A stretch of DNA of 64,000 nt from Calditrichaceae bacterium (lineage in GTDB: Bacteria; Calditrichota; Calditrichia; Calditrichales; JBFXGD01): the NCBI GenBank assembly GCA_050173015.1, contig JBFXLE010000009.1, positions 32,001 to 96,000 of the forward strand, read 5' to 3'. Both the position numbers and the translations under genes were made by a program. The notes below the pieces were generated by a model that did not search any database, was not told where the DNA came from, and worked only from the letters and a program-made list of their open reading frames with translations. Position 1 is the first letter of the stretch. Every line of letters begins with the position of its first letter. Shown piece by piece: positions 32,001 through 40,400 of this stretch.

Positions 32001-33986
32001 TTTTGGCCTGCCGGTGGAACCCGATGTATAGATAAGATAGGCCAGGTTAGATGAATCGATACTTGATACCGGATCGGAATCATTTTCCCCTGTGATGATA
32101 TCCCATTTTTCATCGAGGGATAAAACAGGAAGACTTTCCGGTAAAAGATTTCTGTCAATGGATCCCCGGGTGATCAAAAGTGAAACATTGGCGTCTTTCA
32201 GGATATAAGAGATCCGATCAGCGGGATATGAGGCGTCTAAAGGCAGATAAGCGCCTCCTGCTTTCCAGATGGCAAGGATACTGACAATCATGTCTATAGA
32301 ACGATCCATAAGGATGCCAACGATGGATTCTGCAGCAATTCCGCTGTTTATCAGATAATGGGCCAGTTGATTTGCTTTGCCGTTTAGTTCCTGATAGGTT
32401 AATTTTTCATTTTTAAACCCAATGGCGATGGAACCGGGAGTACGCTGAACCTGTTCTTCAAATTTTTTCGGAATATTGCTTTCTGAAGAAAATTCAAGTG
32501 TTCCACTGTTACACTTCAAATTTATTTCTTGTTCTTCTGTCTTTGGAATCATATTCAGTCTGCTGACCGGCAAATGCGGGGTTTTGACGATATTTTGGAG
32601 CAATTCGATAAAATGGCCGGCCATTCTTTCTATGGTCCCCGTTTTAAAAAGATCGCGGTTAAATTCCAGATTTCCCCGCAGATTATCGTCTTTTTCCTCA
32701 AGCATCATCAATAGATCAAACTTAGCCGCCCCGGTCTCGAAATCAATTCTGCTTAGTTTCAGGTTTCCGATCCGTATTTCGGCGATGGGATCTCCCTCAA
32801 GCTGAAACATCACCTGAAAAAGCGGATTATAGCTGAGATCTCTTTCTGGAAGCATGGTTTCAACCAGTTTCTCAAAGGGTAGATCCTGATTATCGTAGGC
32901 ATCGATCGCCCGGGATTTAACAAGCTTGATTAAATCGCTAAAAGACGGATTATCATTGAAATCAGCGCGTAATACCATGGTGTTCACAAAAAATCCGATT
33001 AGATTTTCCGTTTCTTTGCGGTTTCTGTTGGCGATCGGAATTCCAACGCCAAATTCCCGTTGTCCGGAATAACGATAGAGCAGGGTTTGGAAAGCGGTCA
33101 GCATTGTAATAAAGAGAGTTGTCGATTCCGCGCGGCTTAAAACTTTAAGTTTACTTGTCAGATCACCCGGAATATTGAAATGATAGTGGAGCCCGTTAAA
33201 TGATTGAATCGTTGTCCTTTGATAATCGGCAGGCATTTCAAGAAAATGGGGCATCCCTGCAAGCTGATCTTTCCAGAACTTAAGTTGTCTTTTTATTTTA
33301 TCTGAATTCAGACCGGATTCCTGCCAGGCGGCGTAGTCGGCATAATTGACGGTTAATTCCGGCAGTTTTGCTTCAAGGCCGGAGATTTCAGAATCATAGA
33401 AAGCGGAAATTTCATTCAGAAAGACGCCGAGAGACCACCCATCGGCAATAATATGATGAAGTGTAATCAGCAAAATATGATTTTCCGGGTTGAGCCGTAT
33501 TAATCTGATTCTTAACAGGGGAGGGTCAGAAAGGGAGAAAGCCGTCCGCGCTTCTGATTTCGCGAGCTCAAGGACGGTTTTATCCTGATCCTTCGCGGAC
33601 ATTTTGCTCAGGTCCGTAATGTCCGGTTTAATTGAAATAGATGTTTCAATTTTTTGGACAGGATTGCCGTTTTCAGTGGTATAAAATGACCTGAGTATTT
33701 CATGCCGCTCAATAATCCGGTTAACGGCTGATTCCAGGGCGCTGATATTCAATGGTCCCTCCAGTCGGAGGGCTGCAGGAATATTATAAAACGGATTTAA
33801 AGGAGATAATTGATCCAGAAACCAGAGCCGCTTTTGAGCAAACGAGATCGGATATACGGAACTATTGTTTCTTCTTGGTATGGAATCCTGTTGATGACCT
33901 GGCTTATCTCCGCTCTGAAGCTTTCTCCTGAGTATTTCTAATTTTTCGGGAGAAAGATCCGCGAGACGTTTGGATATATTAGACAC
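26049..33986 (-). CDS. NRPS, C-A-T-C-A-T-E; predicted Gln/Glu, D-X
   Basis: GTG start; C motifs HHIIADGWS and HHIISDGWS; T motifs GGNSL and GGDSI; E motifs HHLAMDGISWRILL, EGHGRE, RTVGWFTA; YTPSDF COM tail. Confidence 0.97.
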   Translation of the reverse strand: MSNISKRLADLSPEKLEILRRKLQSGDKPGHQQDSIPRRNNSSVYPISFAQKRLWFLDQLSPLNPFYNIPAALRLEGPLNISALESAVNRIIERHEILRSFYTTENGNPVQKIETSISIKPDITDLSKMSAKDQDKTVLELAKSEARTAFSLSDPPLLRIRLIRLNPENHILLITLHHIIADGWSLGVFLNEISAFYDSEISGLEAKLPELTVNYADYAAWQESGLNSDKIKRQLKFWKDQLAGMPHFLEMPADYQRTTIQSFNGLHYHFNIPGDLTSKLKVLSRAESTTLFITMLTAFQTLLYRYSGQREFGVGIPIANRNRKETENLIGFFVNTMVLRADFNDNPSFSDLIKLVKSRAIDAYDNQDLPFEKLVETMLPERDLSYNPLFQVMFQLEGDPIAEIRIGNLKLSRIDFETGAAKFDLLMMLEEKDDNLRGNLEFNRDLFKTGTIERMAGHFIELLQNIVKTPHLPVSRLNMIPKTEEQEINLKCNSGTLEFSSESNIPKKFEEQVQRTPGSIAIGFKNEKLTYQELNGKANQLAHYLINSGIAAESIVGILMDRSIDMIVSILAIWKAGGAYLPLDASYPADRISYILKDANVSLLITRGSIDRNLLPESLPVLSLDEKWDIITGENDSDPVSSIDSSNLAYLIYTSGSTGRPKGAMIQHRSALNLAANLYETVYSRYDGESLRVSLNAPIAFDASVQQILTLIFGHSIIIIPQDIRADGDRLVSFIRKNRLDVLDCVPSQLKLLILSGLFDGRGWKPLAVLPGGEAIDEDTWQKLHQFRDTQFYNMYGPTECTVDSTMFPVVPTSERPTIGRPVANGKFYILDSWMNPLPAGIPGELFIGGEGVGRGYYKKAALTAEKFIPDPFSDNAGSRMYRTGDRVRLMSEGTVEFLGRLDHQVKVRGFRIELGEIEYNLRIHHQIDEAVVVSSTAGNLIGYYIPKKGGNPSPEALRDFLLHSLPEYMVPSVLRKLEKFPLTPNGKIDRNSLPDPYQSSTESAENVPPRNSLERFLFSVWENVLERTPGGIHDNFFESGGNSLQAAVLINRIQEKLDESLSVRTAFIYPTIGQYAAYLSRHFEETTGRLFGKEIISSYTINAETGGTVEQTEKYSVIRPAPEKVTPILSFAQERLWFIDQFEPGNHNYNIAAAIRLTGKLDKEALLKSIRFTVNRHNILRSAFQTIDGIARLQVYDRLNIDLPEIDLSDNPEKEKILFDILEKEAQYSFDLSAVPLFTTKLIKLTEEQHTFFWNMHHIISDGWSMEVLMKEINVLYNAYLKDETPELPELDVQYSDFAVWQKEWMSKDRIQREINFWKKQLLGASTILELPTDRPRKAVQSFNGNVIHFSLPVGLTDKIRLFSKKTETTPFMVLLSVFQVILHRYSGQNTVLVGTPVANRNHREIENLIGFFVNTLIVRGDFDDNPTFGEYLNRIKQTTLNVLAHQDIPFEKIVDGLEIERRLSHSPIFQVMFAYQQQSIQSLNLEGLNIESVEINTRTSKFDLTLNITDNKEQYDCSWEYCADLFHEATIMRMHTHFENVLTAVIDQPESRISTYPLLSTTDFNKIIHGWNNISGDYPRDVTIHQYFEQQAEKTPDTIALVFEDTRITYRELNNRANQIANYLIKKGAGPEQFIGLSVERSIEMIAGILGILKSGAAYVPLDPYYPRERLAFAIRDCGIKYILTQDRFLDGFPGTNTELISFDSDSDYFAAESAKNPKTDVCELNLAYVIFTSGSTGRPKGVTIRHRSVLNLALAYQKKFNIHKNRRVIQFFSYSFDGSVADIFTALTSGATLYLTSQDSMLPGEGFVKLMKQGQITNAVLPPSVLSVIDGDQFPDLDTLASGGDVCTREIVDRWSRGRQFYNAYGPTETTVAASWYLTEKLSAERNNIPIGRPLPNYRIYILDKDLQPVPEGIPGEMHIGGEGLARGYLNRPDLTAGKFIPDPFNPDGGSRMYKSGDLTRFLPDGNIEFLGRIDNQVKIRGFRIELGEIESSLLLHDEVEEAIVMSKEVAGNRQLIAYIVPADRDKVSTEQLKAYLKSTLPDYMIPAMFMFLDKMPVAATGKVDRKSLPEPEISRSDLKTGYIAPGSEREEILVKIWRELLGIDKIGIKDNFFELGGDSILSIQAIARAKNAGLILSPRQLFENPTIEFLASVAVTKKEIITDQGIVTGTAELSPIQKWFFEQDFIEKHHWNQSVLLKTTNRMDTGSLENVFRELISHHDALRLKIVLENKTILQSFSDNPKDIPFSVIDLTDIPVEHQTKRITDECNMLQAGINLSSGTLINAAYFRLDPTLSDRLFIAIHHLAMDGISWRILLEDLVSAYHWSQSGRTIELPPKTTSFKTWTEKLKKFANDKINPQEVPFWQNQFPVEKQLLPVDFPDGRNSESSTQRLSSILEARQTQKLLKSVPSLYNTQIQENLLTAIIRSHAKWTGKHHMYIQLEGHGREDLFDDVDLSRTVGWFTAAYPVSLYMNGTIQIQDTLKTVKEQMRMIPNHGIGFGLLRYLSDDMIIRKRFKAAPVPEISFNYLGQFGLRDSGDIFDEIDPNTGAERAPNAKRTHLLDISGTIVNDSLNLSIDYSGNLIKEETVRRFLTNIMDELQQLIDHCEKTASGDYTPSDFLDVNLDQEELDNMLSELNDNRDE

Positions 33987-34018
33987 GATCTATTCCTTCA
34001 GTAAAAAAATCGATTGAT

Positions 34019-37000
34019 TTATTCTCCGGTATTGATAATTTTCTGAACTTCTTCTTCGGACAAACTTTCCAGTTCGGCCAGCATGTTGTCCAGTTCTTTC
34101 TGATCTTCCCCCATCGATTGCGATTCTGTAATAACCCGCATCATGCCATCGACTGTGGGATTTTCAAATACAGACCGTAAAGGGATTTCCACATTAAAAG
34201 ATTCGCGCAAACGCGAAATAAACTGCGTCGCGAGCATGGAATGTCCTCCCAGCTCGAAAAAATTGTCATAAACTCCTATTTTTTCAATTTTTAGCAGTTG
34301 ACCGGCAATTCCCGCTATCTTTTTCTCGGTCGGTGTCCGCGGTGTTACAAACGCGGATTCAAGTTCCGGTCGCAGATTGTCAGGGACGGGCAAAGCGCGG
34401 CGATCAATCTTCCCGGCCGGTGATAATGGAAACTGATCCATCCTTATGAATGCTGACGGGATCATATAATCCGGCAATCGCTTTTGGATGGAGCCGCGAA
34501 GTTCCTTAACCGGCAGATCCTGATTTTTTCCGTTGATATAATAAGCGATCAGCCTTTTGACTCCGGAGGAATCTTCAATCGCTGTTACGATGCTCCGTGA
34601 TATGCCGCCGCATTGATTGAGAGCGGCTTCAATTTCGCCGAGTTCAATACGAAACGCTCTTATTTTGACCTGATTATCCGCGCGGCCTAAAAATTCGATA
34701 TTACCGTCCGGAAGATATCGGGCAAGATCTCCCGTTTTATAGAGCAGAATTCCGCTCTCTTTGCCAAATGGATTATTTATAAATTTTTCAGCCGTCAGTT
34801 CGGGCTGATTTAGATAGCCAATGGCCAGAGCGTTGCCTCCGATATGCAGTTCTCCGGGAATACCAACCGGGAGCGGACGAAGCTGATTGTCAAGGATGTA
34901 AAATTCCCTGTTTGCTCTGGGCCGGCCAATGGGAATATTTGTACCCTTAAAAGTCTGCGGTATATCATAGGCCGACGCGGTGATTGTGGTTTCTGTTGGC
35001 CCGTAGGCATTGAGCAGGCGTACCCCGCTTAACGGCGTTTTTTGCCATAATTCTAAAGTATCACTTGACATGCGGTCACCGCCGATGATCACAAGTCGTA
35101 AGCGGTTTTTGGAAAGCCATTCCGGATGGGAAGCCCAGTCAAGGGCAAGCTGTTGCCAGTACGCGGTCGGCAGATTGATCACACTTAGGTCAAATTGTCT
35201 GATCTTATTATGAAACTCAATAGTCGGCCAGATCTCATCGTCTCTCAGAACAAGTCTCGCTCCGCCGGTTAAAGTGGGCAGAATCTGTTCAACCGACGCG
35301 TCAAAATTAAATGACGCGAATTGAAGTATGTGATCTTCCGGGGTGATTTTATAATAGTCTTTCATATCACAGCAGTGATTCGCTATGGCCTGATGAGATA
35401 TGAGAACGCCTTTTGGAGTTCCGGTTGATCCTGATGTGTATATAATATATGCCGGGAGGTCCTTTGTAAGATTAATTTCAGGATTCCGGCTATTTTCTTT
35501 GCTTATATCGGGCCAGCGGCTATCGAGACAAATCAGTTCACATTGGGAAGTAGGGAATGTTTTAGCGATTCGCTCCTGAGTCAGAACAAATTTCGCGGAT
35601 GAATCTTCAAGCATAAAACGGATTCTCTCTTTTGGATAACCCGGATCGAGAGGAAGGTAAGTACCGCCTGCTTTTAAAATTCCCAATATCCCGATGATCA
35701 GGTCGGGAGTACGGTTGACGGATACGCCTACAAATGTACCAGGCAGCACGCCTTTTCGAATCAGATAACGCGCTAAACAATTGGCCCGCGTGTTTAATTC
35801 TTCATAACTCAGCTGATTTTGATCCGCGATCAGCGCGATGGCCTGAGGGGACTTTTCAGCCTGTGCTTCAAATAATTCATGAACAAATTTTTCGGAGTCA
35901 TACCAGGCTTCCGGCTTGCTGAGAACGGTCGTAAGATATCTGAACTCCTCACCGGTCAGCATGGGTAAATCGGATATTTTTGAAAGGGGATTGATAAGTA
36001 TCCCGTCAATAAGAACCTTAAAATGTTCAATAAACCGTTCCATAGTGTCGCGGTTAAAAATATCGGTATTATATTCCAGCTTTCCCTGCAGAATGTTTTC
36101 TGTTTCAGTCAGATTCATTATGATATCGAATTTGGATGTTCTGCTTTCAATATCAATCAATGAAACTTCAAGACCCGGAAGAGTGACGGCATTCTCAGGA
36201 GTGTTATTATAAACAAACATCACCTGAAATAAGGGTGAATGATTCAGAGCGCGGTTTGGATTGACCGCCTCCACCAGCATTTCAAACGGTAAATCCTGAT
36301 TCGCATAGGCGTTAAGAATGGTATGTTTCATTCTTTCAAGGAATGATGTAAATGCCGGATTTTCGGAAAGATCACCACGCATAACGAGCGTATTGACAAA
36401 AAATCCTATCAATCCGGCAACTTCCGCCCGGTTTCTGTTAGCGATGGGTGAACCCACACAGATATCGCTTTGTCCCGAATATCTGTGAAGCAGTGCCTGA
36501 AACACCGAGATGAGCGTCATGAACATCGTAACATCCTGTTTGAGACAGAAATCTTCCAGTTTTTGTACTTTCTCCATTTCAATATTGAAAATAATATGAT
36601 CACCCCGGTATGTTCGCGAAGCCGGTCTGGGGCGGTCCGTTGGTAGTTCAATTAATGGCGGAACATCTTTTAGCTGATTTTTCCAGTAGGTGATTTGTTG
36701 TTCAAGTACTTTTCCTCTAAACCATTTCCGCTGCCAGACAGCGTAATCGGCATACTGCACGGGCAATTCCGGTAAGGAGACAGGTTTGTTGAGACAATAG
36801 GCGGGGTAAAGTGCTTTGATTTCGCTAATGATCACACCCATGGACCAACCGTCGGAGACGATATGATGTACCGTTAATATCACAATCGTTTCATCTACAC
36901 TTAATTTTAACAGCAACGCGCGTATCAGCGGTCCGGTCTGAAGGTCAAATGGTTTTTCTGTCTCTGATAAAATGACTTCATTTACACGCGAATGAATTTC

Positions 37001-37402
37001 TTTTTTGTCGATCCCTGAGAGATCAATTTCGGGGAGATCAATCTTCAGTTTCCCGGCAATTATCTGAGAGGGGGAACCGTCATTTTGGCTGAAAACCGTT
37101 CTAAGTACCGAATGTCTTTTTATAATTGTGTTTATACTGTTTTTAAAAGCCTCTTTATTAAAATTTCCCCGTATTTTTACCGCCGCGGGAATGCTGTATA
37201 AGGAATTGCCCGGTTCAAGCTGATCCAGAAACCAAAGTCTTTGCTGCGCGAATGAAACGGGTACAGATTTGTCCTTGGACTGCCGTGGCAGAATAACGAT
37301 CTCTGAAAGATCAATTCCTTCATCAATCAGCATCAATTCAAAGAGTTCTCTCTTTTCCGGTGATAATGTGGAAATCTGTTCAAAGAGACTATTCACTCGC
37401 AA
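34019..37402 (-). CDS. NRPS, C-A-T; predicted Arg/basic residue
   Basis: HHIVSDGWS, YIIYTSGSTG, YKTGDL, GGHSM; A code DAENIGAITK. The start may be GTG at 37396 after GGAAGGA. Confidence 0.96.
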   Translation of the reverse strand: MRVNSLFEQISTLSPEKRELFELMLIDEGIDLSEIVILPRQSKDKSVPVSFAQQRLWFLDQLEPGNSLYSIPAAVKIRGNFNKEAFKNSINTIIKRHSVLRTVFSQNDGSPSQIIAGKLKIDLPEIDLSGIDKKEIHSRVNEVILSETEKPFDLQTGPLIRALLLKLSVDETIVILTVHHIVSDGWSMGVIISEIKALYPAYCLNKPVSLPELPVQYADYAVWQRKWFRGKVLEQQITYWKNQLKDVPPLIELPTDRPRPASRTYRGDHIIFNIEMEKVQKLEDFCLKQDVTMFMTLISVFQALLHRYSGQSDICVGSPIANRNRAEVAGLIGFFVNTLVMRGDLSENPAFTSFLERMKHTILNAYANQDLPFEMLVEAVNPNRALNHSPLFQVMFVYNNTPENAVTLPGLEVSLIDIESRTSKFDIIMNLTETENILQGKLEYNTDIFNRDTMERFIEHFKVLIDGILINPLSKISDLPMLTGEEFRYLTTVLSKPEAWYDSEKFVHELFEAQAEKSPQAIALIADQNQLSYEELNTRANCLARYLIRKGVLPGTFVGVSVNRTPDLIIGILGILKAGGTYLPLDPGYPKERIRFMLEDSSAKFVLTQERIAKTFPTSQCELICLDSRWPDISKENSRNPEINLTKDLPAYIIYTSGSTGTPKGVLISHQAIANHCCDMKDYYKITPEDHILQFASFNFDASVEQILPTLTGGARLVLRDDEIWPTIEFHNKIRQFDLSVINLPTAYWQQLALDWASHPEWLSKNRLRLVIIGGDRMSSDTLELWQKTPLSGVRLLNAYGPTETTITASAYDIPQTFKGTNIPIGRPRANREFYILDNQLRPLPVGIPGELHIGGNALAIGYLNQPELTAEKFINNPFGKESGILLYKTGDLARYLPDGNIEFLGRADNQVKIRAFRIELGEIEAALNQCGGISRSIVTAIEDSSGVKRLIAYYINGKNQDLPVKELRGSIQKRLPDYMIPSAFIRMDQFPLSPAGKIDRRALPVPDNLRPELESAFVTPRTPTEKKIAGIAGQLLKIEKIGVYDNFFELGGHSMLATQFISRLRESFNVEIPLRSVFENPTVDGMMRVITESQSMGEDQKELDNMLAELESLSEEEVQKIINTGE

Positions 37403-37429
37403 TTCCTTCCGTTTCCTTTATTAGATAAT

Positions 37430-40400
37430 TTAAAGTGAATCATTTTTTCTTGCTCGCAGCATCTCATTTGCTTGTTGGTCAGAAATTTTTTCAATTCGAG
37501 CGAGCATGCTTGCCACTTTATCAATTTTTTGTGAAGCCTTATTTATTTCGCGATCAATTATTTTTGTTATCCCTGAAATAGTCGGATCGGCGAATAGACT
37601 CTGCAAGGGCAGTTCAATATTGAATTGTTCACGTACTTGCGCGATTAGCTGAGTTCCCAGAAGTGAATTACCGCCCAAATCAAAAAAATCGTCATTTACG
37701 CCAATGGTCTGAATACCCAGCAAATTTTGCCAGGACTCGACAACCTGTTTTTCCAGTTTTGTTTTTGGCGGTATATAATTCGTTGGGAGATCGGGTCTCG
37801 AATATTTAATGTTCCCGGATTTACCTGTTTCAGAAATTTCAGATACTTCGGTTATTTCACTGTCAGGGACTTCTGATGAAACGGTTATCCGGCCGATCCC
37901 ACGGAGCGCCAAAATTCTCAGGATGGCGTTTGCTGATTCCTCGCTGTTGATCCCGGGTTCTGATCTTGTCTCAGTCTTTCGGATAAACCGGTTGTCACGG
38001 TTGACGCTTATCCACTGAGTCTGGCCGGCGCGGTTTTGGAGAGATGAAAAACTGTCGATAAAATGATTTACCGCTGCATATGCCGCCAACCCATATTTGT
38101 CATTAGGATGGGGTTGGGATGAGTGTAAAATACAGAAATCTGATCCGTTTTCTATCGTCAGTTTGGTGAGTTTCTTAAAACCCGCATCCATATTCTTGAT
38201 AGAGTTGGTAATATTTTCATGACTTCCATTCGAGGTGACATTCAAGAGCGCGGGATCTGAATCAATATCCGCGAAGATAAATCCGCGAATCGGTCCCATG
38301 CTTTTAATACCGGCGTCATAATTTTTAAAATTAGACAGGTTTCCCGTAAAAATTTTGACCCTGGCGCCTCTTTTTTCGATTTTTCTGATTTGCCTGATCT
38401 GCCGACTGATTACATTTTTGTCATCATGAGATTCCAGCCATAAATCCCAGTTTTCATTAGCGGGAAAAGAATCCGCTGATAATAAAATTAGCTTTAGTTT
38501 CGCTGATTTGCTGAGGTGTTCGGCGAGTAAAAGCGCCGACTTATCAAAACTCCCCGCGATCAAATAGGTGGAATCATCACGCAATAACAGTTCCTTCTTA
38601 TCCGGAACATCCAGTTGAATGGCTTCATTATGCCTGGTCCAGCGGTGACGGCCCCGGTAAGCGACAATCGGGTCAGAATTCCGCCCGGTGAATTCATGGA
38701 GAATTTGTTCTGAATATCTTCGTGAGAATCCTTCCCCGTGAGCAAACGGATCAAGATCAATCAGATGAAGATGGATGTCAGGATGGCCTTCATGTAAAGC
38801 CACGATTAGTCCAGCGAAAACTGATAGGGAAGTATCAATTTTTTCAGATCCGGTTACGTCAAACATTCCCCGCGTAATGACTCCGAGGCGCGGTGCTTCG
38901 GAATAGTTCAGGGTATTTAACACCTTTGACAGATAAACAAACCCCGGTGTTCGGTCATGCCGATCCAATATGTCCTTGCCTCGATGGTCTGATGCTATCT
39001 CAGGACCATTAGTGTCATAGAGTATGACGCCCGGATTGATTTTTTTTTCAGACAAATAATCAAACAATTGACGGAAGTCATCTTCTGATGACGGATTTAT
39101 GATGATTTTTTCATTTGATACATGAAAATTATTACCATCACAAATATTGATAACGCTTTTGGTGTACTCCCGAAGATGTTCTGTAATTTGCTTTGTTAAA
39201 GGGTCATGATGTCCGAATATCAGGCATACAGTATCTTTGAATGCCGAAATTAGCTTAGTTTTTCTGACCGGGATATCGCTTTGTTTCCAAACCGGGATAT
39301 GGAACCGGCTTGATGTATCGATTGGTTTTTCACCGTTGGAATCAGCAATGGATGATGTTTTATGAATATCGATCCAGTAGCGCTGCCTTTCAAAGGGATA
39401 AGTGGGCAATGATATTTTATTTCTGATTTCATCGCGGTAAAACGCGCTCCAGTTTATTTCTTTTCCGGACAGCCATATTTTTCCAAGAAGACTGTATAGG
39501 CATAGGGTTGCAGATCGATCAATTTCTGAATCTTCCATCATGGACAGTATTCGGTTTTCAGATACGGGAGTCCGGGATCCTGAACGGTCATTACCAAAAC
39601 CGACAATAATTGGCTGTATCGGTAGATCTGAGAGAGCGTTCAGAATATGATCAGATTGTCCGGGTGCTGTAAGTAAGTCGATATAATAGGCTGGATTCGC
39701 GGCTTCTTCAGGCGCAATAAAATCTCCGCTGACAGAAGAAATGTATTTGATCGATGGCTTTTTTAAAGTAATGCTGGAGATATACTCCTTAAAATTACCT
39801 GACAGATCGGAAAGCATCGCGTCGTTTTTGTTTCCGGCAACCGAAAATTCAGCATGTTTTAAGATTAATTTCAGGCTGTCTTCAAGCGTAATAACGCCGG
39901 CCAGATGGGCGCATAAGAATTCTCCCGAATCATATCCGGCCATGATCTCGGGCATAACACCATAGTCGATTAAAATCCGCGCGAAAGCGTATTGTATGAT
40001 GAAGGACGCGAGATGAGAAGCGGCTTCTTTTTCAAGCTTTACTTTAGATTCATTCTGAAAATTAATTTTGCCGGAAATAATGTCCGACATCGGTAAATCT
40101 GATTGATTCTTTGTCAGGGCGCAACAATGATCCACATATTTTTTGAATTCCGGAATTTCTTCATAAAATTTTCCCGACGAGCCGATACCGGAATAATTTC
40201 TACCTTCAAACAAAAAGGCCATTCCCGCCTGAACCGGGATTCTTTTGTGAGAGAGGGTGGGAAATTTATCAGATTTACTATCCTTCAGAGCTTCAATAAG
40301 TTCCTGATAATTCTGATACGTTATTATTTTCCGGTGATTAAAGGGTTTTCTTCCGGTGTTGAGGGTATAATCGAGGTCTGACAAATTTGTATCCGGATAT

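Noticed and set aside
5340-33986. Recurrent DNA strings (for example around GGHSL, NGKIDRKALP, GFRIELGEIE) as a repeat array or assembly duplication
   Set aside because: They are conserved NRPS core motifs with many synonymous and amino-acid differences; there is no CRISPR-like repeat-spacer period.
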